A stretch of 64,000 bases of DNA from Vicugna vicugna (Eukaryota). Positions within the stretch are counted from its first letter, which is position 1; every line of letters begins with the position of its first letter. The notes under the pieces were generated by a model. It did no database searches and had not been told where the DNA came from. It saw only the letters and a program-made list of their open reading frames with translations. The DNA is taken from NCBI GenBank assembly GCA_013265495.1, contig MU057640.1, forward strand, positions 1,683,303-1,747,302. The letters run 5' to 3'. Positions 24,225 through 37,389 of this stretch are shown here, in pieces. Both the position numbers and the translations under genes were made by a program.

Positions 24225-24680
24225 GGATCGCAATGGCTTAACCATAAAAAGGCTTATCTTTTTGGCAAAACAAGAAGTAAGAAGAGGTAAGCCAGTCCAA
24301 GACTGGTGCTGGGGTCCACAATGTCACCAACGCCCAGACTCCTTCTATATTCCTCCTCTGCCAGACTTAGCAGGGTGGCTTATATCATAGGGACAATAAG
24401 GCAGCTAACACTCCAGAGATCAGAGATCGTGTCTTCACGAGGAAGGAAGGAAGGAGGAAACACGGAGAAGTGTAAAGAAATTGCATGCCAGCTCTATATC
24501 CTTCTCTTTTTTTAAATCAAGAAAACAATAGCTTTCCTGAAAGCCCTCACCCAATAGATTTCCATTTATATTTCGTTGGCCAGAACTAGGTCTGGCTGCA
24601 AGGGAATCTGGGTAGTTAGCATTTTTTAACTCTTAAGAAGGAAAAGGGTTACTAGGTAAACAACTAGCTATGCCTGCTGC
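24225..24680 (-). mobile_element. MLT1J/K-like LTR
   Basis: aatggcttaacca...ccacaatgtcacca...ttggccagaactagg...ctgcaagggaatctggg. Confidence 0.65.
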
Positions 24681-25369
24681 ACCGAGAATCCGTAAGAATG
24701 AATTCTCAGGCAACCTAAAGGACACACTTGGGTTTTGAGACCACAAACTAGTAATAGCAGTAATTTGTCCTGGGGTTCCACCATCAGCCAGTTGGCTCGC
24801 TGTGGGTCGTTATCTTACCTCAGTAGGCCTAAAGTTTTCTCCTCTGTAAGAGGAAACTGTTAAGCCACATTATTTCTAAGTTTTTATTTCATTCTACAAT
24901 CTGTAATTCTAAGGGCTTATATAATATCCATTTCTAAAATAGCAGGAGACTATGACTGACTTTTCTGGAAGCTTGAAAAGCCTGTTGATGATGCTTTAAT
25001 AAATCTAGCACGCTTTCAACTCAGAATGACAGTGTAGGGCCCAGGGAAAATGTTGCCTACAGGTAACATTTAATAAGGCTTATTAGCACACTCAATTCAA
25101 ACTTTCAGTTAAATATGCACTTACGAACATTCTCTAATATAGACACCTTGAAGTATAATGGCAGGGTGGATGCCCGTGAGTTTTTAAAAATTTAATAGGA
25201 ATGTTCCTCCCAAAAGACTGTACCAATTTATATTCCTACCTGCAATGTACAAGACATTTTCCTGGCAGAAAATTTATATAAACCTGCAGAAATAATCTGT
25301 TCTGAATTCTTTTATTCTTTATCGGACACCATCATATGCCCTTTACCACCTTTATTTTCTGTGATTCTC

Positions 25370-25545
25370 CTGGCTCCCCTACGAGGCAGGTAGTATTTTT
25401 ATGCCCATCCTAGAGATGAGGAAACTAAGACTCAAAGATTAAGGAGCTTGCCCAGGGCAGTCACTTCACCGTTGACAAAACTGAGACCAGAATCTAGTTT
25501 GTCTGACACCAAGTCCACAGTCTTGAACCCTGTCCTCTACTGCCT
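25370..25545 (-). mobile_element. MIR
   Basis: cccatcctagagatgaggaaactaagactcaaagattaaggagcttgcccaggg. Confidence 0.8.
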
Positions 25546-26419
25546 CACAATTTCTTCCTACTTGGTCTTTAGCCTACACAGAAAGACTTGTCTCTCTTGC
25601 CTCAAGATTCAGCCCAGAAGCCCTAACATTGCAAAGACTAGAATTTGGCAGAAAGCAAAATTGCTCAGAATAGGTCTGAGGCCCCACAAAGCCACAGAGT
25701 GTTACTATTCACTAAGAAAGTCTTCTAGAATTATACACAAAGAGGCCTCCCTTTTACAGTTTTCAGCAGTGTGAATAACACAGGAGCAAAGGACTTTTAT
25801 TTTCACCTTTTCTTCTCTTTACTCAGTAGGAGTTACGGTTTTAAAGAAAAATTTGAGCTTTTCTTGTTCTTTGTCAGGGACCCGAGGTGAGGTCCCACGG
25901 GGCCTGTCTCTGCCTATTTGACCCTCCTTGGATATGTGCTCACTCACACAAGCAGGCACTGAACTTGGTTTTGTTATAACACATCATCACCATGGGAGGA
26001 AAAAGAAACCGCTGAATGGAAATGATTTTGTCAGAACAAGGTCAGTAACTGTAGGAGCTGCTAGTCGGTGACTAGTTCTTGGATTCCTCCTATGACAGAA
26101 GTGGCCAGTTTAAGTAAATCTTCAGGGTTCAGGGCCTTTTTAAGTGAGTAAGAAATCGGGTGGAGGCAGGATCCAAATGACCATTCATTCAATGGTGTAC
26201 CTGGATGAGAGGTAACAATAACGTGGCCTTCGAAAGACGGACACTCTCATACCGTGGAGATGGGTCAGGGGCACTCCTACCCAGCCGCGGTCAAGAAGGA
26301 TGCTTAGATCAGAGTGCAAGTAACTGATTTAAGAGTCCTCTGTCTCCAAGGCTAGAGAAGTGTCATCACACGGCTTTTCTCCTTCCTCCTGTTAATCAGG
26401 TGGATCACACTGACTGACT

Positions 26420-28400
26420 CTTTCAGAGCTTTATTGAAGTTTAATTTGCTTACAATTTAAGCATATGCTTTAATGAATTTTGGCACATACACGTACAGTC
26501 AGGGAATCACCCAATGTCTGTAGGACTTGTGTTCCTCTTTTTCACTCCTGACACCAGGAATTTATTTTTTCTGTTTTCTTTATCAGTCTTGCTAGGTATT
26601 TACCACTTTTACTAATCATTTTAAAGAACCAAATTTTGGCTTTATTTTCCCTGTTGCTCACCCGTTTTCCAGTTTTGTCGACGTGTGCTCTTATCATTTC
26701 CTAATTCTTGCTTTGGGTTTAATTCACTCACTTTGATTCTAGCTTCTTAGGTTGAAGATTTAGTTTTTTTTGGTTTTGGTAACAGCCTTATTGAGATAGA
26801 ATTCACATACTAGCCAATTCACTCATTTAAAGTGTATGACTCAGTGGTTCTAAGTATATAAACAAAGTTGTGCTACTAAAATCAAATACATTTTGGAATA
26901 TTTTTTATCACCCCCCCACCCAAAGAAATCATATACCCTTTATCAGTCAACCTGCTCCTCACCGACTCCCTCCTTCGGTTCTAACCAACCACTCACCTAA
27001 TTTCTGTCTCTATAATTTGCCTATTTGGGACATTTCCTATAAATAGATTCAGATAATATGTGGTCTGTTGTGACTGGTTTCTTTCACTTAGCGTGTTTTC
27101 AAGGTTCATCCATGTTGTAGCATGAATCAGCACTTCATTCCTTTCAATCACTGAATAATACTCCATTGTATGAATTCACCACATTTTATGTATCCATAAA
27201 TCAACATATGAATAGATTTTAATAAGTATTTTAAAAAATAGGTTTTAATGTTTCTTCATTCCTAATATATGAATTTAAAGATATAAAATTCCCTCTGAGC
27301 ACATTCCTTTAGCTACATCATAGGAACATTGATATCTTCTATTTTCATTATAATTCCATTCAAAATATTTTAAAATTTTCCTTAGGAAATAAATCATGGG
27401 TTTTTATAAATGTATTGATTAATTTCCAAATGTTTGGGGACTTTGTTCTGTGTCCTGTGGACTGAATAATCTCTCCAGATTTATCTTCGAGTTCACTGTT
27501 TCTTCAGCTGGCCCCAAAATGCTGTTAAAAGCATCCAATGAATTTTTCATTTCTGTTATTGTGCTTTCCAGCTCTAAAATTTCCATTTGATTCTGTCTTT
27601 ATAGTTTCTATTTCTCTGCTATGATTATCTCATTATGTTCATTTGCTGTGACATCTTTTCCCTAAGTCCTTGAACATATTTACAGTGGTTGCCTTAGTCC
27701 TGTCTATTTACTGCAACAGCATCTAGATAAATCTCAGGGTTCCTTTTTACTCCCCCTGAGTACGGGTCACATTTTCTGACTTTGCATATCTAGTGATTTA
27801 TAATTGAATGCTGGCTATAAAGGAGTGTACGATGTGGAGACTAGATTCTGTTATGTTCCTTTGAAGAGTAATCGTTATTAACTTGGCTAGATTCAAATTC
27901 CAAACCCTGTTTTCCTGCATTTAACAGGAGTTGAATTCTCTGCTCAGTTCTTTCAGCTTTCCACTGATGCCTTTCCTTCTTTCTTTTTATTCTTTTTTTC
28001 CCCTTTCTTCCTTTGTTGGTTTGTTTGTTCCTTCCTTCCTTTTTTGCTTTTTTTTTCACATTATTTTTACATCAGCAAGTGGGGTGGATGTTTTAGATAG
28101 ATTTCAGGTCTTACACCTTCCGCAGTTCATTCTCTTCTAGGATTTCCCCCTTAATTCTGGCCGATCTGCCAGCCTGAACTCTCCCCTGACAACTCAAGAC
28201 TGTGGATTGGTGAGTGTGCTCAGGTAAAAAGTGGCAGACTTGCAAATCTTGCAAAGCATACTTTCTGTTTTTAAGGGTGGACTTCTCTCTACTTTCAATA
28301 GTTTCCCAGTATATTCAGATTGCTTTTCTTAAAACATTTTGTCCAGGTTTTCTAATTATTGTTTATCAGAGGATTATTCCAACCAAACTGCTCTGCCATT
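26420..28400 (-). mobile_element. cluster of old antisense L1M fragments, including an L1MB-like 3' end at ~26770-27210
   Basis: aacagccttattgagatagaattcacatac...ctttcacttagcgtgttttcaaggttcatccatgttgtagcatg; flanks are T-rich and L1M-like. Confidence 0.75.
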
Positions 28401-29849
28401 ATCAGAAATCAAAATTTGTTTTCAAACAATTTTTTAAAAAAACACATCTTGCAGAGATCTTACAGGGAAGTAATATAGGTATGATGTATCATAAGAATGT
28501 GGTTTTGAAAAGAATTAAGATTTACTAAGAATATAAAAATTAAGGAAACGTAAGTCTTTACCAGAAAATTACATTCATCTTTCTGAGGTGTTTACATTAG
28601 TTTCTAAAAGGGAAAGAAAACTGAAAAAGGAATAAGCAAACTATTATATCAAATTTAAAAACTGGTGTTTTTCATAGAAGACATTTAACATTGAAGAGAT
28701 GGATGCATTGCAGCATATAATTCAAAGTCTTAAATTTTAAACATATTCTGTCAAATTGTGGTCAATTGCTATGTTAGATGTCCTCTATTTGATCCCACAC
28801 ACTTAAATTATCTGTAGCTATAAATGACAAACAAAAAGCATTCCTGAGGCTGTGACTAAAGCAGCTGCCACAAAGCTAGTGAGGCTGAAGGTGGTGGGGC
28901 CTGGCGTGATCCCCAAACTCAAGGTCCTAGATGCTGGGAGAGCAGCAGCACCTTAAGGACTGGCCTGTTGGATGAGAAGAGGTCATGACAGATTTTGTTC
29001 CCACAGAAAACCACAGTTTCACTCTTAGGCAAGAAAATTCTATAGTGAACATTTCATGCAAATCAAAAACTTTAAAGTCGCATAATTGAAGCTGGTCTTA
29101 CAACCAGATAACTGGTTAATGGGTTAGCAAGATGGGTCGGTTAAAAACCCCACTATTATCATTGACTCCTGTGGGTCATGAGTGTTCTCTCAGTTTCCTC
29201 TTTTAAAAATAAAGCTTCTCCTGCAAAGGTTAAGATCTAACACTTTGGAATGAAAATAGTTTTTAAAATCTTCCCTTCTCTAGAGCTGTGTTATAGCAAC
29301 ATGGCACTACTGAGTTCAAAGGATCACAATTTTTGCCCTGAAATAACTGAGCTAATGACCCTAATTTAGATTTTTTTTTTTTAAGGGCAAGTTCACATGA
29401 TCCAATGAACCATCAGAATATAGGAGGAGCCAAAGAGAGAAAGAACTGGCTCCCAAAGATAAACTGAGACCTTGGATAAAAGACAGAAGGGATGGGGATA
29501 AGCCATGAAAATCTTATGAGAGGGAGACAAGAGTGAGCTAGAAGGAGACAAAATAAAAATTCTGTACCAATCTGAAGAGCCATCAACATTTCAAGTTCAA
29601 AGTATCAACATTTCAAGTTCAAAGTTATTTTAACTGGTCAGGGTATTGCTGGCATCCTTTAAGAAATATTTTTTAAAAATGTTTTAGTTGTTGTAAAACA
29701 CATGTAACATAAGATCTATCCTAACTATTTTTAAGTGCACATTAAGTACGTTCATGTGGTAGGGCAACCATTGGTCTATTTTCAACATTATTGCCTTTAT
29801 GATGACACTACGACAGCAATTCCTAATGTCTACTCTCTCTAAGGCTAAT

Positions 29850-30125
29850 GGTTTCTCCTTGAGGAAAAAGGACTTGGGGAGAAGACCTTGCTGGCTGATG
29901 GGTGAAAGTTATAGGGAGGAAGAATTTGGCTCAACATGAGAAAGAACTTTCTATGTTTAGATTTGCAACAGAGGAATGGGAGGCCTGGGAGCTCCCTTTG
30001 AAGGCGAAGCATGTTCACACTGGAGCTCTTAGGCCATCTGTTGGGTGTGTTTTGGAAGAGATTCCTGTCCTGGGTGGGAGAGGGACCTCTGGGCTTCCTC
30101 CAACTATGAGATTTGATAGTTAAAC
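29850..30125 (+). mobile_element. L3/CR1 3' end
   Basis: gaaagttatagggaggaagaatttggctcaacatgagaaagaactttcta...cttcctccaactatgagatt. Confidence 0.7.
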
Positions 30126-30409
30126 TGACTTAGAAATCAGTGTGCACTCAGGTTTCAGATGAGCGTACTGGAGTTCAAGTACACTAGATTTGGGCTTTAA
30201 AATAGTCACACTTAAAACCACTTATTGGCCGGTTTTATCCTTTCCTGGCACATTGTCTGCTGGTAAACCATGAAGAAATAATTAAACGTGAGATACTTAA
30301 GTTTCACACCCAGTCCAACCACTTATTAACCAAGGGATGTAGGGCAAGTGACATCCACCAAAAGGCAGCTTGCACTTAAATGGACTCTGCTGGGCTTCAG
30401 GTTTGCCCC

Positions 30410-30790
30410 AAACTGATTCATTTTCAATGTTGCTGCCAGAATAATCTTTCTAAGATGCAAATTATGAGCATTGTTACCTTCTGCCTCTTAAAAAAACTTC
30501 TTTAATGGTACTCTTTCATTTTTAAAATAAAGTTCACATTTCTAAGCATGGTATCCAAGGCCACCCTGCAATTCTCTTGAGATTCTCTAGTTGATCCCTC
30601 TCTAAAAGGCTAATCTTAGCTGGAATGAATTATTTCAGTCTAGTCTTTATTTATCTGGCTAACTTCTACATATTCTCAGCTCAGGTATGGTCTTTTTCAG
30701 GAAGATGTCTTCCATTTTCCCTTACGGCTTAGCCAGGGCACCCTCATCATCTTTGGCCATGACTACAAGCATCATAGAATAAGCTCCTTA
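30410..30790 (+). mobile_element. L2 fragment
   Basis: tgctgccagaataatctttctaagatgcaaat...ctaagcatggtatccaaggcc...ctggctaacttctac. Confidence 0.65.
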
Positions 30791-30809
30791 CAGGGACTTT
30801 CAGCTCTTT

Positions 30810-32660
30810 GAGAAAAAAATAAAGTTGGATCCCTACCTCAATCTATACATTGTAATAATTTCCCAGTGGATTAAAAGATAGGAGGATTGAAAAATAATCT
30901 TGGAATGAGAAAAGATCTTTGAATAGAGGACATGAAACACAGAAGCCACTTTAGAAAGACCATTAAATGCAATTGTATAAAAAATTTTGAATTCTCCATG
31001 TTAAAAACATAAAATATCTAAATTCAAATGGTAAGTGGCAAAAATTTGAAATATCTCGTATAGAGACTATACATCAATAAGAAAACATAAAAATGGGCAA
31101 AGAACATAAATAGTATGCATAAAAGAGTTATATATGGCTTTTAAGCAAGTGAAAAAATAAACTTTATTGTAAATTATATTCATAGTAAGAGAAGTGGAAA
31201 TTAAAACTGCAATAGAGTGCCAGTTTTCATTACTCAGATTAGCAAAGATTTAAAAATTTGAAAACATTTTCGGTAGGAATATCTGAAAACAGGCATTGCA
31301 TTCATACACTGCTGGTGGAAGTATTAATTGATATGATCTTTATGGTCACAATGATCAAAAGTACAAGTCCATGTGCCCTTGATTCAGCAACTTTACTGCT
31401 AGCACTTTTCATAAACCTGTACCTGAGCAAAGTGACAAATTGAAGATGAATCTGTCCTTTTTTTTCTATTCTCTGAAAAAAATTTAAATATAGAAATTAT
31501 CTGTTCCATGAAAATCTCCTAAAACTTGACTGCAATATATTTGTTATTTTTAAGGTGGTGGGTTTATTTGTACTTTAAATTATGGAATCAATTTCTTTAA
31601 TGAGTTTTGGTTTATACAGATTTTCTACTTTTTCTTAGGTTAATTTTAGTAATTGCTTCCTTAGTTAATTTTGGTAATTCATTTTTCTACAAAAATACAT
31701 ATTTTATCTAAGTTTTTCAATTTAATGGCCGCATTCACTTGTATTATTGTATTATTGATTTTTAATACATCTATGGTGCCTGCTTTTATTTCCTCTTTTT
31801 TGTTAATATTGTTTATTTGAATTTTTTTGTTTTCTTTCAGTTTTTCTAGGTATTGTATTTCTTAATTTTTCAAAGTGGAAGTTTTTGTTTTCATTGACTC
31901 CCTCAATTGTTTTCATTTCATCAACATTTATTCATATCTTAATTATTTGCTTCATTTTACTTTCCTTGGACTTACTTTATTATTCAATTTTTTAGCTATC
32001 TGAGCATAAGGATTTAATTATCTATTTAAAATATTTTTTGTGTTAATGAATTTATTTAAGGCTATAAATTTCCCTTTAAATACCACTTTAGTTCTTTTCC
32101 ACGCATTTTTTATGCAATATTTTTGCTTTTCATCTTAAATATTGTATAATTTCTTCTGATTTCTTCTTTAGCTCATGAGTTATTCAAGCTAATTTTTCCA
32201 AACTTTTTACACTGCAAAATTTTATTTTGAAAAATTTCAAAAGAATAGAAAAACTAAAAAAGTTACACAATGAATTGGAAGGAATGTAAAATGAACACTG
32301 CTATACCATTTACTTAGATTTACAAGTTGTCAACATTTTGGTGCATTTTTTCCTCCATTAACTTTTTTTTTTTAATGAACCATTTAAATGTAAGTTGCGG
32401 GCATCATGCTCTTCATCCCTAACTAAATATTCATTATTATTACTGTTGGTAGACTTTTCTTTTTATTATCAGGTAATATCACTCTGAAAGCCTGTTAAAC
32501 ACTTTTTCTTTAAATTCTATTTTGTCTGCTATTGATGTTGGTATATAGACTTACTTTTGATTGGCATTCACATGGTAATTTTTTTTTCACTTCTTTATTT
32601 CAAACCTTTTTATCGGGGATGTATGTTTAGGTATGTTTCTTGTAAGCTATTTATCTGGGT
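30810..32660. mobile_element. old L1ME/L1M fragments (sense ~30810-31440, antisense ~31450-32660)
   Basis: aaagttggatccctacctca...aaaatgggcaaagaacataaatag (sense); very T-rich L1M-like sequence with ggctataaatttccctttaaatacc (antisense). Confidence 0.65.
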
Positions 32661-34457
32661 TTTACAGTAACAATGAACTATCTGAGGAAGAAATTAGGAA
32701 TACAATCCCATTTACAATAGCATCAAAAACAAAAGACTTAGGAATAAACTTCACTAAGGGGGTGAAAGACTTGTACATGGAAAATTACAAAACTCTGCCA
32801 AAAAAATAAAAGAAGACATAAACAAATGCAAAGACATCCTACATTTATGGACTGGAAGACTTAATATTGTTAAAATGTTCATGTTACCCAAAGCAATCTA
32901 CAGATTCAAAGTAGTCCCTATCAAAATCTCAATAGTATTTTTTACAGAACAGAAAAATAATTCTAGAATTTATTTGGAACCATGAAGGATTCCAAACAGC
33001 CAAATTGATCTTGAGAAAGAATAAGCCTGGAGGCATCACATTTCCTGATTTCAAAATATATTACAAAGGTATATATAGTGAATAAAATAATATGGTACTT
33101 GCATAAAGGCAGACTTATAAACCAAGGGGACAGAAATATATCCATGCATATGGTCAAATAATCTTTGACCAGGGTGCCAAGGATACACATTGAGGAAAGG
33201 AGAGCCTCTTCAACAAATAATGTTGGGAAAACTGGATATCCACATTCATAAAAGTGAAATTAGACTCTTATTTTATACCATACATAAAAATCAACTCAAA
33301 ATGGATTAAAGATTTAAAGTAAGACCAAAACTGTAAATATCATAGAAGAAAATAGGAGAAAAGTGTCAGGACATTGATCTTGGAAATGATTTCATAGTTA
33401 TAACACCAAAAGCACAGGCAACAAAAGCAAAACTAGACAAGTAGGACTACATCAAACTAAAATACCTCTGCACAGCAAAGGAAACAACAGGGTGAACAGG
33501 CAACCTACATGATCGGAGAAAATACTTGCAAACCATATATCTGAAAAAGGGTCAATTTCCAAAATATCTAAGGAATTCTTATAACTCAATAGCAAAAATC
33601 CCTAATAACCCAATTTAAAAATGGATGAAAGAATTGAATAATATTTCTCCAAAGAAGACATACAAATAGCCAACAGGTGTATGAAAGGTGTTCAGCATCA
33701 CTAGTCATTAGGGAAATGCAAATGAAAACCACAACCAGGTATCATCTCATATCTGTTAGGATAGCTATTACCAAAAAACAAAAGACAACAAATGTTGACG
33801 GTGCTGTGGAGAAACTGGGAACTTGTACACTGTTGGTGAGAAGGTAAAATGCTGCAGCCGCTATTGAAAACAGTATGGAGATGCCTACAAAATTAAAAAT
33901 TAAAAATAGAGCTACAATATGATCCAGTAATCGCACTTCTAGGTATTTATCCAAAAAAACCCAGGATCTTGAAGAGACATTAGCACTCCTATTTTCATTG
34001 TAGCACACAATATACAAGATGTGGAAACAACCTAAATGACCATCAGCAGATGAATGGATTAAAAAAAAAGTGGCATAAATATACAATGGCTTATTATTTA
34101 GACTTAAACAACAAGGAAATTCTGCAATATGCAACAACAAGGATGAACCTTGAGGAAATTATTCTAAGTGAAATGAGCCAGTCACAGGACAAATATTGCT
34201 TGATTCCTTCCACTTGTATAAGATATCTAAAATAGTGAGACTCATAGAATCAGAGAGTAGAAAGGTGGTTACCAGGTACTGGGGGGAGGATGGAAATGAA
34301 GAGTTCTAATTAAAGAGCATAAAGCTTCAGCTATGCAAGATGAATAAGTTCTAGAGACCTGAACAACCTTGTACCTATAGTTCACAACACTGTATTATAC
34401 ACTTAAAATTTTAAGATGGTAGGTCTCATGTTGTGTTCTTACCACAAAAAAATAAAA
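32661..34457 (+). mobile_element. L1MA-type element, decayed ORF2 3' part plus 3' UTR
   Basis: ggaagacttaatattgttaaaatg...cccaaagcaatctacagattcaa...; ends tgttcttaccacaaaaaaataaaa. Confidence 0.92.
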
Positions 34458-34707
34458 CAGGCAATTTGTTAAGCTCTATATTTTTCCTATAGAGTTAATT
34501 AACTTACATTTATTGTTATTTGATAAATTTGGAATAATTTTTATCATTTTATTTTGTATTTTCAGTGTGCTATTTTTTCCTTTGCTTCTTTCTCCTCTTC
34601 TACCTTCTGTGGAGTATGACAAAATTGAGGATATTTTTCTTTTTTCCCTTCTGCTGGATTAGGAGCTATACATTATATCTTTGTATTTCTGTTCTTTTAG
34701 TGGTTAC

Positions 34708-34776
34708 TGTTTTTTGTTTGTTTGTTTTTGTTTTTTTGCTTTCGGGTTTGTTTTTGTTTTTGTTTTTTTGGTTTTG
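34708..34776. repeat. imperfect (TTTTG)n simple repeat
   Basis: ttttgtttgtttgtttttgttttttg...tttttgtttttgttttttgg. Confidence 0.85.
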
Positions 34777-34913
34777 GCTACAAAAGACTATGTCACACAT
34801 GTATGTTCAGATGTTACCATTAATGTCTCTAAATCTTTGAGTGCCAACTCTAAGCCAAAGAAAGCACAGAGGTTCTGTGGTGCTTGGGACTTCTCTAGAT
34901 CTTTGCCTCTACA

Positions 34914-35066
34914 ACAGTGGTACAGGACCAGTAGAATAGACATCATTTGATGTCTCAGGTTAGAAATGCAGGTTGGCCCAACCCCAGACCTACTGACTGA
35001 AAAGATGCTTTTAACAAGATGTTTGGGTAATTCTGCATACACATTGCATCTGAGAAGCACAGTTCT
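34914..35066. mobile_element. MER5-like MITE
   Basis: gttagaaatgcagg...cccagacctactgactgaaa...ttttaacaagat...tgagaagcac. Confidence 0.7.
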
Positions 35067-35544
35067 GAACATCATCACATAATTGTGATGTTTTCTTTTT
35101 ATCTCCTTGTAGAATGTGAGCTACAAAGAAACACTGTCTTTTACAATTCTACCCCTCAATGCTACATAGTAATTGGTACAGAGTAGATGCTCAATAAGTG
35201 TTTACAGAATGAATAAAATGAGGATAATGTCACTCCTACTGAAAGGTTGTTTGCTTTTGGTGGGGGCCGCACCTGAGGCTGACTGCTGTGCTTCTTGCCT
35301 AGTTTGTATTAACTATCACCCTCTAGCAAATAATAGGAACCACTCCACCTTGGGCCCACCAACATTATGTGTCATTTCATAACCATGTAGCAAAAGCTTT
35401 TTCTTCTCTTGATGGAGCTGTTAACTTGGTGATTTAAGAAAGATTTTTTTTTTAAGTCAGAGATGAGAGAGCTGTTTTAGTGGCATCCATTACATTAAGC
35501 TACTAGAAACATCCCAGAAAAAAATCCTTAATAAGAGGCCCAAG

Positions 35545-36040
35545 GAATGAATAAAGAATATGTGGTATTCTTTTATGGCTGAGTAATATATGGAATATTA
35601 TGGTAATATATGGAATATTACTCAGCCATAAAAAAGAATGAAAATAATGCCATTTGCAGCAACATGGATGGATCTAGAGATTATCATACAAAGCAAAGTA
35701 AGTTAGACAGAGAAAGACAACTATTGTATGATATCACTTATATATGATATTAAAAAAATGGCACAAAATGAACTTATTTACAAAACAGAAACAGACCTGC
35801 AGACATAGAAAACAAACTTATAGTTATGGGGGGCGGTGGAGGTGGATAAATTAGGAATTTGGGATTTTCAGTTACACACTACCACATATAAAATAGATAA
35901 ACCACAAGATCCTACTTGTCTATAGCACAGTGAACTATAGTCAATATCTTGTAATAACCTATAATGATAAAGAATATATATATGTAGGTATAACTGAATC
36001 ACTATGCTGTACATCAGAAACACTATTATTCAATAAAAAA
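35545..36040 (+). mobile_element. short L1 3' end
   Basis: cagccataaaaaagaatgaaaataatgccatttgcagcaacatggatgga...ctatgctgtacatcagaaac...caataaaaaa. Confidence 0.9.
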
Positions 36041-37389
36041 CCAAACAGGCCTGAGGAGAATGGAATTGGATTTGGCCACAGCCATTGCTCCTTGCCTAGA
36101 GGGGAGGAGTAGACTGGAAGGAGATCTGGAATTTGTCAGGAATACAGTAAGAAAGGAGGGAAGCAAGGGGAGAAGAAGGATGGCAAAGGGGGAAGACAAG
36201 AGTAGAAAGAAAAATGTATATGGGAAGAAAAGAAATTTTCCATCAGCATCAGGTCCAAGGACAAAGAAGGGAAAGGAAATGTTAGAGTCCCATCGAGTGC
36301 TTAATGCTTGATAAGCACACAGTGAATTAAGTGCAAGTGCATTAACCTGTCATTCAGAATTCATCACTTAATGTCCAAATGTCGCCCTTCAGCCACATTT
36401 TCCATTATCCCTCTGTGTGTGCCCCACATTAGCCAAACTGCCTCACCTGTATTTGTCCTTGTTGATCTGGATCACTGCTCACAATACCCTCTTGATCTAG
36501 ACTGTCCCCTTGGCTGATTTCCTTCTATAAAAGTTCTACCAATCCTTCAAGTCTCTTCCAAAATGCTCTTCTTCCTTGAAGGCTTTCTTTTGTTCTCTCC
36601 AATGGATGCCCTACTCTCCTTTTTTTGCAGAGAATCCTCTTCTGTTGCTTTTACCTTCAAGTCTAGTTGCTTGAATAATTGTCTTCTCTTATTCAACTGC
36701 AAATGTCATTGACATTTTGGTCTCTCAGTCTCCTAGGGAACAGCCAATGCAGAAGGCATCTATTAGGCATGGAAAGTGAAATTTCAGTTTATTTGCACTG
36801 AGCTGATTCGGACCTTACCTGGAGATAGAGTGATTTTCTTCTCAAAAAATTACTACTCATTCTATTTTAAAACTTAGAGTACTATATATTTTTTCTCTGC
36901 CCCCCCCTTTTTCTTTCTTTTTTTTGGCCAGGTGGATCTGTCTTCCTTCTTTTGACTGGACCGTAGCTTGGTCCCATGGAGAGTTCCTCTTCCATCTCCC
37001 ACTGCTGATGGCTCATCTTCAAACATGCATTTAACTTGGAGATCTAACACAGCAAGATCTTCTCCCCCATAGTTTTGACCACTCATCAGTGACCTAGGAA
37101 GTTAATGACATGTTACAATTTATGATCTTCTAGTGACTTAAATTTATAGAGCTGCCCAGTGTGCAGGAGTAAGTCACTTGAAGGTGACCATACCTAGCTG
37201 ACCACACAACATATTTCAACAGTTTTTTTTGTTTGCTAGTTACTTTAGAATTCTGTTGACTGAGGAGAGGATAGCCCAAAATCTCAAAGAGGTAACTGGA
37301 CTCAGATACGTTTGTCTGGCCTACCAGTGTTGGTTTGTATCAAAATTAGAAAAACGCATTGCTTACCAACATTTAAAAAAATTCTGATA

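Noticed and set aside
35073..35090. CATCACA-taat-TGTGATG mini hairpin
   Set aside because: A 7-bp stem is expected by chance in 64 kb.
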